DNA of 64,000 nt from Armatimonadota bacterium (GCA_046292385.1 JBKBRF010000020.1:32001-96000); one strand, 5' to 3'; counted from the first letter of the stretch, positions 38,129-48,939 are shown. Notes: generated by a model from the sequence alone, not told the origin. Program-made: numbers and translations.

Positions 38129-39037
38129 TCATCCCTCATCATCCCGCTTCCTTATCCTCGAAGACTGCACCACCCCCGCGCCGCCGAGGATGACTGCCAT
38201 CGCGGTCCACTCCCGCCAGCCGAGCGGCTCTCCCAGCAGCGCCCAGCCGAGCACCACCGCCACCACCGGGTTCACGTAGGAGTAGAGGGAGACGGTGGAG
38301 ATCGGCAGCTTCTGAAGCGAGTAGATGTAGCAGCCGTAACCGACGATGGAGCCAAAGACCACCAGGTAGGCGATCGAGCCGATCCCGGCGGGAGTCCAGT
38401 GGAGCCGGCTTCCCTCGCCGGCGGCGAGCCCGAGCAGACTCACCACGACGCCGGCCACCAGCATCTGCACCGCCGCGCCCACAAGCGGCTTCACTTCGGA
38501 AGGCTGTCTCCGCGCGTAGATCGAGCCGAGCGACCAGAAGAGACAGGCTCCCTGGAGCGCGAGGATGCCGCGGGCCATGTCGCCGTCGAAGGTGACCCCG
38601 TAGATGCGGGGCCAGACGAGGAAGAGGAGCCCTCCGAACCCCAGCAGCAGGCCGGCGACGTCGCGCGGCTTGATGCGGTCTCCGCCGGGGAGCGCCGCTT
38701 CCATCCCGAGCATCCAGAACGGCGTCATCGCCACCACCAGCGCGCCGACTCCGCTCGGGAGCCATTTCGCCGACCAGACGACGAAGCCGTTCGCGAAGCC
38801 GAGCAGCGCCAGGCCTACGATCGCGAGGCGCAGCCAGTCCCGGCCCCGGGGCAGGGTCTCTCCGCGGAGGGTGAGGAACGCCAGCAGCAGGGCGCCCGCG
38901 ATGAGGAACCGGACTCCCGCGAAGAGGAGCGGCGGGACCGACTGTACCCCCACCCGGATCGCCAGGTAGGTGGTGCCCCAGAAGATGCAGACCGCCACCC
39001 AGGCGGCGTAGGCAAGCTGTCTCTCCCGCGCGGTCAC
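38129..39037 (-). CDS. EamA/DMT family transporter
   Basis: WGTTYLAIR, RFLIAG, YLVVFGS, YSYVNPVVAV; about 10 TM helices. Confidence 0.93.
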   Translation of the reverse strand: MTARERQLAYAAWVAVCIFWGTTYLAIRVGVQSVPPLLFAGVRFLIAGALLLAFLTLRGETLPRGRDWLRLAIVGLALLGFANGFVVWSAKWLPSGVGALVVAMTPFWMLGMEAALPGGDRIKPRDVAGLLLGFGGLLFLVWPRIYGVTFDGDMARGILALQGACLFWSLGSIYARRQPSEVKPLVGAAVQMLVAGVVVSLLGLAAGEGSRLHWTPAGIGSIAYLVVFGSIVGYGCYIYSLQKLPISTVSLYSYVNPVVAVVLGWALLGEPLGWREWTAMAVILGGAGVVQSSRIRKRDDEG

Positions 39038-39227
39038 GGCTGCAAACTCCCGGCTCTCACCGCCCCGGCGGGCGCTCGACAGGCTATATTACGTGTCCGG
39101 CGCGGATCTGTCGCTCCCTCCGCCGCGGAATCGAAATCGCAACGCAACGCAGCCGGCGGCGCCGGGTCAGATACGGGAAGAGTTTTCGAGTGGCCCCCTC
39201 GGCTGCTCGTGGTGACGGAGATCCTTC

Positions 39228-39953
39228 ATGCAGCGAATCCCTTCTCTCGCGGCGGTGCTCGCCGCCGCCCTCTGTGCCGGGAGCCTCTCCGCGCTCTCCG
39301 CGGCGCAGGAGCCCCGGCCGATCCGGCCGTTCAACCGGCAGAACCTGGAAGGCTGGACCACCAAGGCGCCCAAAGAGCGCAGCCATTGGGTGGTTGGCCG
39401 GGCGACCCTCGATCCGGCGGACCCGTCGAAGCTCCAGGTCGAGCAGGCCACCGGCCGCGGCGCGCAGCTGGTCAACGCGACCGGCGGGGGGGTCGACATC
39501 TACTCGAATGAGAAGTGGGGCGACCACACTCTAGAGGTGGAGGTGATGGTGCCGAAGGGCTCCAATTCCGGGATCTACGTGGCGGGCGAGTACGAGGTGC
39601 AGGTGCTCGACAGCTTCGGCAAGGAGCAGGTGGGCCCCGGGGACCTGGGGGGCATCTACGGCGCCAGCGCTCCGAAGGTGAATGCCGCCAAGGCGCCGGG
39701 CGAGTGGCAGAAGTTCGTGATCGACTTCAAGGCTCCGCGCTTCAAGGGCGACCGCAAGGTCTCCAACGCGAAGTTTCTGAAGGTGGTCCTGAACGACCAG
39801 GTGATCCACGAGAACGTGGAGATGAAGGGCCCCACGCCGACCGGCGTGAGCGGCAAGGAAGCTCCGACCGGCCCGGTGATGTTCCAGGGCGACCACGGGG
39901 CCGTCGCCTACCGCAACCTCCGCATCACTCCGCGCAGCTTCGACGGCGCGTAG
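39228..39953 (+). CDS. DUF1080 family secreted protein
   Basis: NSGIY, YEVQVLDS, GGIY, GEWQ, QGDHG, YRNL. Confidence 0.9.
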   Translation: MQRIPSLAAVLAAALCAGSLSALSAAQEPRPIRPFNRQNLEGWTTKAPKERSHWVVGRATLDPADPSKLQVEQATGRGAQLVNATGGGVDIYSNEKWGDHTLEVEVMVPKGSNSGIYVAGEYEVQVLDSFGKEQVGPGDLGGIYGASAPKVNAAKAPGEWQKFVIDFKAPRFKGDRKVSNAKFLKVVLNDQVIHENVEMKGPTPTGVSGKEAPTGPVMFQGDHGAVAYRNLRITPRSFDGA

Positions 39954-40038
39954 CGTGACCGCGCGGCAGCCTCGCCCGGTCGGCTCGCGCACCGGGCCAG
40001 GCTGCCGCGATCGATTCTCTGCGACCCCTTCTGCCAGG

Positions 40039-40683
40039 ATGAGCCGCAGCCACCCCGATCCGCCGCCCCGGCCGGACGCCGAGGGGCCGCTCCGCCTCTT
40101 CATCGCGCTCCCGGCGACGCCGGAAGTCGTGCGCCGTGCGCAGGAGACGATCTCCCGCCTCCGCGGAGCCGGAGACGTGCGCTGGGTCGCCCCGGACCGC
40201 CTCCATCTCACCCTCAAATTCCTGGGGGATACCCCCGCCGGAAAACTTCCGGAAATCATCGCCGGAATCGCCGCGAAAGCAAACACATTTTCGCGCTTTA
40301 TGGTAGAATTGGGAGGTGCCGGAGCCTTCCCGAACCTGCGCCGGCCGCAGACCCTGTGGCTGGGGTTCGCGGGCCGGGGAGCGGAGACGCTGACCGCCCT
40401 GGCGGCGGCGGTGGACGAGGCGGCGCACGCCGCCGGCTGGCCCCGGGAGAAGCGCCCGTTTCAGCCGCACCTCACCCTGGGGCGGGTGCGGAGCTCGCGG
40501 GAGCTGAGGGAGCTGGCGGAGCGGCTGCGGCGGGAAGGCGAGGCGGCGACGGCTTCGGTGGAGTGGCCGGTGGAAGAGCTGCACCTGGTGCGCAGCGTCC
40601 TGCGCCCGCAGGGGCCGGAGTATACCGTGCTGGAGCGCTTTCCGCTCCGCGAAGAGGAGTCCCCGGCGCCTCGCTTCGAATGA
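40039..40683 (+). CDS. thpR: RNA 2',3'-cyclic phosphodiesterase (2H family)
   Basis: RLFIAL, HLTLKFLG, PHLTLGR; directly upstream of recA. Confidence 0.92.
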   Translation: MSRSHPDPPPRPDAEGPLRLFIALPATPEVVRRAQETISRLRGAGDVRWVAPDRLHLTLKFLGDTPAGKLPEIIAGIAAKANTFSRFMVELGGAGAFPNLRRPQTLWLGFAGRGAETLTALAAAVDEAAHAAGWPREKRPFQPHLTLGRVRSSRELRELAERLRREGEAATASVEWPVEELHLVRSVLRPQGPEYTVLERFPLREEESPAPRFE

Positions 40684-40840
40684 GATCTCGAACGGGAACC
40701 GAGCGGTACTTCCTTTACGATAATCTTCCCGCGCGCCGAGCCGGGAAAGAGCCTGTCCGAACAGGCTGCTAGATGTTCGATCGGCGGTTGGAATGGTGGC
40801 ACGCCCGAATGACCCGGCAGGGAGGGGGCGTGCGGAGGAT

Positions 40841-41908
40841 ATGACCGTGGATAAGTTGAAGGCACTCGATTTCGCCGTGGGCAGCATCGAGAAGAAGTAC
40901 GGCAAGGGCTCCATCATGCGCCTGGGGAGCCGGCCGAACCTCCAGACGGAGGTGATCCCTACCGGGTCGCTGGCGCTCGACCTGGCGCTGGGAGTGGGCG
41001 GCGTGCCGAAGGGCCGGATCATCGAGATCTACGGTCAGGAGTCTTCCGGTAAGACGACGCTCGCCTACCACATCATGGCGGAGGCGCAGCGCCGCGGCGG
41101 GGCGTGTGCCATCGTCGACGCGGAGCACGCGGTCGACCCGATCTACGCCCGCAACCTGGGCGTCGACATCGACAACCTGCTGATCTCCCAGCCGGACACC
41201 GGCGAAGAGGCGCTGGAGATCATGGACGCGCTCGCCCGCAGCGGCGCGCTCGACGTGATCGTGCTCGACTCGGTCGCCGCCCTGGTGCCGAAGGCGGAAA
41301 TCGAGGGCGAGATGGGGGACAGCCACGTCGGCATCCAGGCCCGCCTCATGAGCCAGGCGCTCCGGAAGCTGGGCGGTATCGTCGCCAACGCCAACACGGT
41401 CTGCATCTTCATCAACCAGATCCGGGAGAAGATCGGCGTGATGTTCGGCAACCCGGAGACGACCCCCGGCGGCCGCGCGCTCAAGTTCTGGTCTTCGGTC
41501 CGCCTGGAAGTGCGGCGGGTCGACACCGTCAAGCAGGGCACCGACGCCGTCGGCTCTCGCGTGCGGGTGAAGGTGGTGAAGAACAAGGTCGCGCCGCCGT
41601 TCAAGCAGGCGGAGTTCGACGTGATGTTCGGCAAGGGCATCTCCATCAGCGGCGGCGTGCTCGACCTGGCCGTCGACCACGGTTTCGTGAACAAGACCGG
41701 CGCCTGGTTCACCTGCGGGGATACCCGGCTGGGCCAGGGGCGGGAGAACGCCAAGAGCTTCCTGGAGGACCACCCCGGCCTGCTGGAGGAGCTGGACGCC
41801 AAGATCCGCGCCGCCGCGGCGGAGAAGAACGCCCTACTGCACGGCATGCCGCTGGTCGCCGCCGGAGCGATGAACGGCAACGGCGCGGACGGCGACTTCG
41901 ACGAGTAA
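40841..41908 (+). CDS. recA: Recombinase RecA
   Basis: [53 protein letters not shown]. Confidence 0.99.
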   Translation: MTVDKLKALDFAVGSIEKKYGKGSIMRLGSRPNLQTEVIPTGSLALDLALGVGGVPKGRIIEIYGQESSGKTTLAYHIMAEAQRRGGACAIVDAEHAVDPIYARNLGVDIDNLLISQPDTGEEALEIMDALARSGALDVIVLDSVAALVPKAEIEGEMGDSHVGIQARLMSQALRKLGGIVANANTVCIFINQIREKIGVMFGNPETTPGGRALKFWSSVRLEVRRVDTVKQGTDAVGSRVRVKVVKNKVAPPFKQAEFDVMFGKGISISGGVLDLAVDHGFVNKTGAWFTCGDTRLGQGRENAKSFLEDHPGLLEELDAKIRAAAAEKNALLHGMPLVAAGAMNGNGADGDFDE

Positions 41909-42028
41909 GCCGCCCGCCGGCTCCGCCAGGTTCGTTTGTTAGTGGATGCGCGGCGTCGGGACTACCGGCGCCGCGCATTCCGTTTTCTGCGCCGGCGCCG
42001 CCCGCTCGCGCCGCGGAAGGAGCTGCTG

Positions 42029-43153
42029 ATGACGACCCGGTCCGCTCCACTTCGCGCCGTCGCCCGAGCGGCCCTGCTCGCTGCCGGTGCGGTCGGGCTT
42101 TCCGCCGGTGCGGTTCCGCCCCTCGCCGCGGGCGGGGAGCCGTCTCCGACTGCGACCCCGATCTACGAAGTGATCGATCTCGGCGCCTTACCCGAGACGA
42201 ATACCGTCATCGCTACGGCGGTGAACGACGCCGGATTCGTAGCCGGATACGCCTACATGCACGTGGCGCCCGGACACTTTGCTGAACTGGGCGCGCGTCC
42301 CTTCCTGTGGCGGAACGGGAAGATGACCGAGCTGCCTGCACCTCGCGGAAGGCGCGGGGGAGCGCTTGCCATCAACGCCCGCGGCGATGTGGGCGGCCAC
42401 GCCGAGAATGGCAAGACTTCGCTGCCGGTCATCTGGCGGCACGGCCGGGGCTATGCGGTGGAGCCGCTTTCGGAGCTTCACGGAGCGGTGACCGCCCTGG
42501 CGGACGACGGCAGCGCGGCGGGAGACGTGGGGGAGCGAAGCAAGTACCGCGCCTTTCTCTGGGCCGGGGGACAGTTCCGAATCCTTGGCGCGCCCCAGGA
42601 TGTCGGGAGCCGGGCGAGCGACTTGAACGAGGCTGGGACCGTCGTCGGCTCTTACGTTCCGGCCGGGCGACTTGGAGGAGGTCTGACGCCGGAGCCTGAG
42701 CCGCGAGCGGCGATGTGGAGCGACGGACGTCGGATCCCGCTGCTTCAGCTCGCCGGTGAAGAGAGTGCGTGCCTGGCAATCAACGACCGCGGCGTGGCGG
42801 TGGGCTGGTACGGCCCCTGGGACCGGCGCCGGGCCTGCGTGTGGGAAGAAGGAAAGGTGACCGCTCTCCCCGGCCCGGACGACTGCGAAATTCAGGCACG
42901 GGCCATCAACCGTGCGGGCGTCATCGTCGGAGATGTCATGGGTCCGGGGCGGCGATTCGCCTCCCTCTGGCGGGACGGGGAGCTGCAGGACCTGAACGAC
43001 CTGATCCCCGGCAACTCCGGCTGGCTCCTCCTCGCAGCGACCGGCATCAGCGACAGCGGACTGATCGTCGGCTACGGAAGTTACGAGAAGTACCGCACCC
43101 AGTCGCTGGACTCCAGCACGGAAGCCTTCTTGCTGCGGCCGCGGAAACGGTGA
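42029..43153 (+). CDS. Secreted HAF-family extracellular repeat protein
   Basis: Signal peptide; repeated A.AIN..G.V.G...AFLW units; DLNDLIP..SGW.L..ATGI. Confidence 0.85.
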   Translation: MTTRSAPLRAVARAALLAAGAVGLSAGAVPPLAAGGEPSPTATPIYEVIDLGALPETNTVIATAVNDAGFVAGYAYMHVAPGHFAELGARPFLWRNGKMTELPAPRGRRGGALAINARGDVGGHAENGKTSLPVIWRHGRGYAVEPLSELHGAVTALADDGSAAGDVGERSKYRAFLWAGGQFRILGAPQDVGSRASDLNEAGTVVGSYVPAGRLGGGLTPEPEPRAAMWSDGRRIPLLQLAGEESACLAINDRGVAVGWYGPWDRRRACVWEEGKVTALPGPDDCEIQARAINRAGVIVGDVMGPGRRFASLWRDGELQDLNDLIPGNSGWLLLAATGISDSGLIVGYGSYEKYRTQSLDSSTEAFLLRPRKR

Positions 43154-43220
43154 GACGCGCGCGGGAAGAGCGCGCGGACCGCTGCTTTGGGCGGCGGGCG
43201 GCGATGGGGAAGGAGAAGGG

Positions 43221-43868
43221 ATGACGGCTCCCGAACGCAGCGTTGTCACTGCGATCGAGCCTCAGGTGAAGCGGCCGGACCGGGTCTCCATTTTTGTGGA
43301 CGGAGAGTTCGTTCTGGGCGTGCACGTAGAGGTTGCGGCGGCGGTGGGGCTACGCGTGGGGCAGACGGTCGACGTCCAACAGCTCCAGGCGCTGGCCCTG
43401 GCGGAAGAGAAGCGGCGCGCGCGGGATAGCGCGCTCAAGCTGCTTGGCTACCGCGCCCGCAGCCGCACGGAGCTGCGTCAACGCCTCCAGCGACAGGGCT
43501 ACGAGCCCGAGTTGGTGGAAGAGACGCTGGAGCTCCTCGCCCGCAGTGGTTACATCGACGACGCAGAGTTCAGCCGGGCATGGGTCCGCGCGCGAACCGG
43601 TCCGCGCCGCCCCCTGGGAGCGCGGCGGATCGCCGCGGAGCTGCGCCAGAAGGGTGTGGAGCAGGATCTGATCCGGGAGGCGCTGGAGCCTCTCGATTCG
43701 GAGACCGAGCTGGAGCTGGCGTTGGCGGTGGGTCGTCGGAAAGTCGAGCAGATGCACGGCGAAGATCCTCGAGTCGTCCGCCGCAAGGTGGGCGCCGCGC
43801 TGATGCGGCGCGGGTTCGGCTGGGAGGTCTGCGCTCGGGTGCTGGATATACTCCTCGCGGCAGAGTAG
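43221..43868 (+). CDS. recX: Regulatory protein RecX
   Basis: ALKLLGYRARSRTEL, GYIDD, ELRQKG, LMRRGF. Confidence 0.93.
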   Translation: MTAPERSVVTAIEPQVKRPDRVSIFVDGEFVLGVHVEVAAAVGLRVGQTVDVQQLQALALAEEKRRARDSALKLLGYRARSRTELRQRLQRQGYEPELVEETLELLARSGYIDDAEFSRAWVRARTGPRRPLGARRIAAELRQKGVEQDLIREALEPLDSETELELALAVGRRKVEQMHGEDPRVVRRKVGAALMRRGFGWEVCARVLDILLAAE

Positions 43869-44079
43869 TCGCCGCGTCGTCCAATCCAACTGTCTCTCGG
43901 AAGGGCTCCGGGACAGCGCAGCGGAAGTGCGAGCCGGGTGATCACCACCCGGCTTAAGCCGATTGCCTGCGTGCCCCGGGGTCTTGCCGCCGATGCTCCC
44001 TCCGCCCGGCGCCACGCGGCCGCCGCGCGCGGCCCGCTCCACCTGATCCACGCTCCGCGTGCCCCGGCGGAGTGAAGAT

Positions 44080-45621
44080 ATGGACCCTATCAGCATCGCC
44101 GCGCTGGTGATTGGCGCGGCCGGCGCCGCGGCCGGCGCGTTCATGGCACACCGCGCCTCTCAGACGCGGACGGGGATCTCACAAACGGAGCAGGAGCTGG
44201 CTCGGGAACGGGAGGCGCTGCAGCGCGACTTCGAGTCCGAAAAGCGGGAAGTGCTGCTCGCCGCGCGGGACGAGGCCCACCTGATCCGCCAGGTCGCGGA
44301 GCAGGAGGCGCGAGAGCTCCGCGCGCAGGCGCAGCGGGCGGAGGAGCGGATCACCCAGCGGGAAGAGGCGCTGGAGCGCCGCTTCGAGAGCCTGGAGAAG
44401 CGCGAGGGCGAGCTGAAGTCGCACGAGCGGGAGATCCAGCGGCTCTACGAAGACGCGACCGAGCTGATCGTGCAGCAGCGCGCGGAGCTGGAGCGGGTCT
44501 GCGGCATGACCTCGGAGGAGGCCCGCGCCTTCATGCTCAAGCAGCTCGACGACGAGCTCCGGCTCGACGCGGCACGCCTGATCAAGCAGATCGAGGAAGA
44601 GACGCGCGAGGAGGCGACCCGCCGCGCGCGGGAGATTATCGTCGGCTCGATCCAGCGGTGCGCGGTCGACCAGGTCTCGGAGACGACGGTCTCCGTGGTC
44701 CCGCTCCCCAGCGACGAGATGAAGGGGCGGATCATCGGTCGGGAAGGGCGCAACATCCGGGCGTTCGAGACGCTGACCGGGGTCGACCTGATCATCGACG
44801 ACACCCCCGAAGCGGTGGTCCTCTCCGCCTTCGACCCGGTGCGCCGGGAGACCGCCCGCGTGGCGCTCTCCAACCTGATTCTGGACGGGCGCATTCACCC
44901 GGGCCGCATCGAGGAGATGGTCCAGCGCGCCCGGGAGGAGATCGACCAGAAGATCCTGGAAGCGGGCGAAGCGGCCGTGATGCGGGCGGGGGTGAGCGGG
45001 ATCCACCCGGACATCATCCGGATCCTGGGCAAGCTGCGCTACCGCACCAGCTACGGCCAGAACGTGCTGGATCACTCGGTCGAGGTCGCCCACCTCGCCG
45101 CCTCCCTCGCCGCCGAGCTGAAGGCCGACGTCGACACGGCCCGCCGCGCGGGGCTGCTGCACGACCTGGGGAAGGCGATCGATTACGAGGTGGAAGGCTC
45201 GCACCTGGAGATCTCGGTGGAGCTCTGCCGCAAGTACGGGGAGACCCCCGCGGTGATCCACGCCGTGGAGGCTCACCACGGCGACGTGGAGTTCGGCACG
45301 GTGGAGGCGGTGCTGGTGCAGGTGGCGGACGCCATCTCCGCCAGCCGGCCCGGCGCGCGGCGCGAGATGCTGGAGACCTACCTCAAGCGGATGCAGCGCC
45401 TGGAGAACGTGGTCACCGGGATCCCCGGCGTGGAGAAGGCGTTCGCCGTGCAGGCGGGCCGGGAGCTGCGCATCATCGTGGAGCCCGGCCAGATCGACGA
45501 CCTCGGCGCCGCCCGCCTGGCTCGGGACACCGCGCTGAAGATCCAGGAGGAGCACGACTACCCCGGCCAGATCAAGGTAACGGTCATCCGGGAGAGCCGC
45601 GCCACGGAATACGCGCGTTGA
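44080..45621 (+). CDS. rny: Ribonuclease Y
   Basis: TM + coiled coil; [12 protein letters not shown] (KH); RTSYGQN; LLHDLGK (HD). Confidence 0.98.
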   Translation: MDPISIAALVIGAAGAAAGAFMAHRASQTRTGISQTEQELAREREALQRDFESEKREVLLAARDEAHLIRQVAEQEARELRAQAQRAEERITQREEALERRFESLEKREGELKSHEREIQRLYEDATELIVQQRAELERVCGMTSEEARAFMLKQLDDELRLDAARLIKQIEEETREEATRRAREIIVGSIQRCAVDQVSETTVSVVPLPSDEMKGRIIGREGRNIRAFETLTGVDLIIDDTPEAVVLSAFDPVRRETARVALSNLILDGRIHPGRIEEMVQRAREEIDQKILEAGEAAVMRAGVSGIHPDIIRILGKLRYRTSYGQNVLDHSVEVAHLAASLAAELKADVDTARRAGLLHDLGKAIDYEVEGSHLEISVELCRKYGETPAVIHAVEAHHGDVEFGTVEAVLVQVADAISASRPGARREMLETYLKRMQRLENVVTGIPGVEKAFAVQAGRELRIIVEPGQIDDLGAARLARDTALKIQEEHDYPGQIKVTVIRESRATEYAR

Positions 45622-45628
45622 GCCGTTT

Positions 45629-46091
45629 TTAACCACAGAGCACACCGAGGACACAGAGACGAACCGGAACGGGTTTCACCGCAGAGACGCAGAGGACGCG
45701 GAGAGAACCCGAACCTTTTCAACCGCCAAGAACGCAAAGGACGCAAAGAGGGGAACCGGACGAGACAAACCGCGGGGCCGCAGTACGGTGCTCGTGAGGC
45801 GCATCAGGCCCAGAACTCCGTTCCCCTCTCCGTGCCCCCTCGGTGCGCTCTGTGTCTCTGTGGTGAAACCAGGTTCGGACCGGGGCCGCTGTACGGGACT
45901 CGTGAGGGGAACCAGGCCCGTCCGAGTCCTTCCCTGGTTCCCCTCTGCGTTCCCTCTGCGCTCTCCGCGGCCTCTGCGGTGAATCCGGTTCGGACCGGGG
46001 CCGCAGCACGGTGCTCGTGAAACGGATCAGACCCAGAACTCTGGTTCCCTCTCTGTGCCCTCTGTGCGCTCTGTGGTGAGACAGGTTCGGA
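45629..46091. repeat. Composite repeat locus: 3 forward nonamer arms then 3 x (core + reverse arm)
   Basis: Arms at 45629, 45675, 45718; cores starting CGGGGCCGC at 45773, 45881, 45996. Confidence 0.88.
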
Positions 46092-46095
46092 GTGG

Positions 46096-48939
46096 CTACG
46101 CCCCCGTAGGGACCGTGCCGTCTTCGATGACGCGGCGGAGGGCGGCGGGGTTGACTGGTTTGGTGAGGTGCAGCTCGAAGCCGGCGGCGGCGGAGCGCTC
46201 CAGGTCTTCCGGGCGGCCGTAACCGGATAGCGCGATGAGGCGGGCAGAGCGGGTGGCCGGGTCGGCTCGGAGCGCGCGAGCGACGGCGTGGCCGTCCATT
46301 CCCGGCAGCCCGATGTCGCAGAGCACCACGTCCGGGCGCAGGCGGCGCGCCGCCTCCACGCCGGCCGTCCCGGAGTGGGACAGGTGCGGTTCGTAGCCGG
46401 CCAGGCTCAGGATGTCCTGCAGCGTCTCGGCGGCGTCCACGTTGTCCTCTACGATCAGCACTCGCAGCGGGGCGTCCGCGGCCATCTCTCGGGCAGGAGC
46501 GTGGCGCCTGGTCCCGTCGGTTCCGTCGTCGGGCACGGCGGAAGCGTCCGGCTGGGCGAGCAGCGGCAGGCGCACCGAGAATTCGGAGCCGGCGCCCAGC
46601 CCGCGGCTGCGGACCGTCACTTCGCCTCCGTGGAGCTGGGTCAGGCCCTGCACCAGCGCCAGCCCCAGGCCCAGGCCGCCCCGGCTGCGGTCGAGCGACC
46701 GGTCGGCCTGGGAGAACGGCTCGAAGACGTGCGGGAGCATCTCGGTCTCGATGCCGATGCCGGTGTCGCGCACGCTGATGATCGCCGCGGCGGTGGCGGT
46801 GTCGTGCCAGACCCGTACCGCCACGCAGCCGCCGCGGTCGGTAAACTTGACGGCGTTGTTCAGCAGGTTGCCGAGCACCTGCGCCAGGCGCGTGGGGTCG
46901 CCCTCGATCCAGAGCGGCTCGGCCGACTCCGGCAGCTCCAGCGTGAGCGAGAGACCGTTCGCCTCCAGCAGCCGGCGGTGGTCTTCCGCCGTCTCCCGGA
47001 CCAGCCGCAGCAGGTTCACCGGCTGACGGCGCAGCTCGACCTTGCCGCGGGAGATGCGGGAGACGTCGAGGAGGTCATCGACCAGCCGCACCTGGTGCCG
47101 GAGCTGGCGCTCTACCACGTCGGAGGCGCGCCGGTGTGCCGGAGAATCGGCGGGCGAGCTGCGCATCACCTCCAGCGCGTTGCTCACCGCGGCGAGCGGG
47201 TTCCGGAGCTCGTGCGCGAGCATCGCCAGGAACTCGTCTTTCGACCGGTCGGCCTGGCGCAGCTCTCCATAGAGGCGCGCGTTGTCGATGGCGATCGCCG
47301 CGCGCCGCGCCAGGTCTTCCATCTGCGCGAGGTCGTCTGCCTGGCACCGCCGGCTCGCTCCGCTCCAGGCGAAGGTCATGACGCCGAGGGTGCGGCCGCG
47401 CGCCACCAGCGGCACGCTGAAATAGGAGCGGAGGTTCAGCTCTCGGAACGTTTCGGCGTGCTCCGGCGCGGTCGCCAGCGCTTCCAGGACCGCGTCCGAG
47501 GCATCGAACACGAGCTCCGGGTTTCCGGAGGCGAGCACCCGGCAGACGCCGCAGGCGCTCCCCTCCGGGGCACGATACCGGCCGCGCAGGGAGGCGGCCA
47601 GCTCCGCGCGGTCCGGGTCCGCGTGGGCTACGGCGAGGCGCAGCAGCGCGCCGTCGTGGTCGACCATGTCGACGATGCACCAGTCGGCCAGCTCCGGCAC
47701 CGCGAGCTGCGAGACTCGCTCCAGGGTCGACTGGTAGTCGAGCGAGGTCCCGAGGGCGCTGCTCGCCTCCGCGAGGAAGCGGAGGGCGCCCTCCGCGCGG
47801 CGGCGCTTGGTCACGTCGGTCAGCATTCCAAGCGTGCCGAGCCGCTGGCCCGACTCCCCCTCGATGGCACTCATCGAGCCCAGCACCCACAGGGCGGTGC
47901 CGTCGCGCCGCCGCAGGCGGAAGTCGAACTGCTGGTGGACGCCGAGCGGGAACCGCTCCAGCTTGCGCGGCAGCTCCTCCCGGTCCTCTTCGTAGAGGAA
48001 GTCGGTCATCGGCCGGGTCAGGATCTCCCGGCTGGAGTAGCCGAGCATCTCACAGAGCCGCTGGTTGGCGTAGGCCGTCCGCAAGTCGGAGTCGAGCAGC
48101 CAGATGCCCTCGAAGGCGGTATCGACGATTCGGCGGTACCACTCCTCGCTCTTCCGCAGCGTCTCCTCCGCCTCCACGTGCTCGGTGACGTCGACCAGCA
48201 GCCCGCGGAGCTGGCACACGGCGCCGGACTCGTCGCGCAGCAGCGTCACGCGGTCGCGCAGCCAGACCCGCCGGCCGGATGGGGCGTCCGCCCGGTACTC
48301 CAGCTCCACGTGGCGGGCGCTGCGGAACGCCTCCAGCAGCTCCTTGCGGACCCGCTCGCGCTCGTCCGGGTGGACGAAGTCGGTGCAGAGCCGGCGCTCC
48401 GCCAGCCACTCGGGAATCGAGATCTCGAGCAGTTCTTCCGCCTGCTCGCTAAGGAAGGTGAGCCCGGTATCCGGCCCCGCCTCCCAGACGATGCCGTTGA
48501 CGCCCTGGACCAGGTCGCGGTAGCGCTGCTCCGCCACGCGCTCCCGGGAGAGCAGCTCCGCGCGAGCGGCGACGAGCTGGCGGGCGTGGTGGTGGGTCAG
48601 CCAACGCCGCCCATGCAGCAGGCTCATCAGCACCGCGAGCAGCCCGTAGACGCTGAGCTGCACCGCGGTTTGCGGCGCCGTGATCTCCACCACGGGGTAG
48701 GGGGGCAGCACCAGCAGGCTGAAGCCGAGCGCCGCGATGGTGGTGGCGAGCAGCCCCGGCCACAGGCCGCCGTACCAGGCGGAGATGGTTACTGCCGTCA
48801 GCAGGACCGGGCCGGCCAGGTCCGGGAGGAACGGCCGCGCCCAGAGGGCCAGCGCCACGGAGCCGGACGAAGCCCCCAGCGCCACGCCGTACCGGAGCAG
48901 AACGGACCTTGCCAACTCCCAACGGCTCGGTTTCTGCAT
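46096..48939 (-). CDS. Hybrid sensor kinase (DUF4118-type TM, two PAS, GAF, HisKA, HATPase, REC)
   Basis: FLAMLAHELRNPL, NLLNNAVKFT, GGLGLGL, C-terminal receiver. Confidence 0.95.
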   Translation of the reverse strand: MQKPSRWELARSVLLRYGVALGASSGSVALALWARPFLPDLAGPVLLTAVTISAWYGGLWPGLLATTIAALGFSLLVLPPYPVVEITAPQTAVQLSVYGLLAVLMSLLHGRRWLTHHHARQLVAARAELLSRERVAEQRYRDLVQGVNGIVWEAGPDTGLTFLSEQAEELLEISIPEWLAERRLCTDFVHPDERERVRKELLEAFRSARHVELEYRADAPSGRRVWLRDRVTLLRDESGAVCQLRGLLVDVTEHVEAEETLRKSEEWYRRIVDTAFEGIWLLDSDLRTAYANQRLCEMLGYSSREILTRPMTDFLYEEDREELPRKLERFPLGVHQQFDFRLRRRDGTALWVLGSMSAIEGESGQRLGTLGMLTDVTKRRRAEGALRFLAEASSALGTSLDYQSTLERVSQLAVPELADWCIVDMVDHDGALLRLAVAHADPDRAELAASLRGRYRAPEGSACGVCRVLASGNPELVFDASDAVLEALATAPEHAETFRELNLRSYFSVPLVARGRTLGVMTFAWSGASRRCQADDLAQMEDLARRAAIAIDNARLYGELRQADRSKDEFLAMLAHELRNPLAAVSNALEVMRSSPADSPAHRRASDVVERQLRHQVRLVDDLLDVSRISRGKVELRRQPVNLLRLVRETAEDHRRLLEANGLSLTLELPESAEPLWIEGDPTRLAQVLGNLLNNAVKFTDRGGCVAVRVWHDTATAAAIISVRDTGIGIETEMLPHVFEPFSQADRSLDRSRGGLGLGLALVQGLTQLHGGEVTVRSRGLGAGSEFSVRLPLLAQPDASAVPDDGTDGTRRHAPAREMAADAPLRVLIVEDNVDAAETLQDILSLAGYEPHLSHSGTAGVEAARRLRPDVVLCDIGLPGMDGHAVARALRADPATRSARLIALSGYGRPEDLERSAAAGFELHLTKPVNPAALRRVIEDGTVPTGA

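Noticed and set aside
43870..44075. 6S RNA upstream of rny
   Set aside because: Only two short local hairpins; no long rod with a central bubble
45629..46091. CRISPR array
   Set aside because: Units are diverged and unequal in length, the sequence between them is also repetitive, and no cas genes are present
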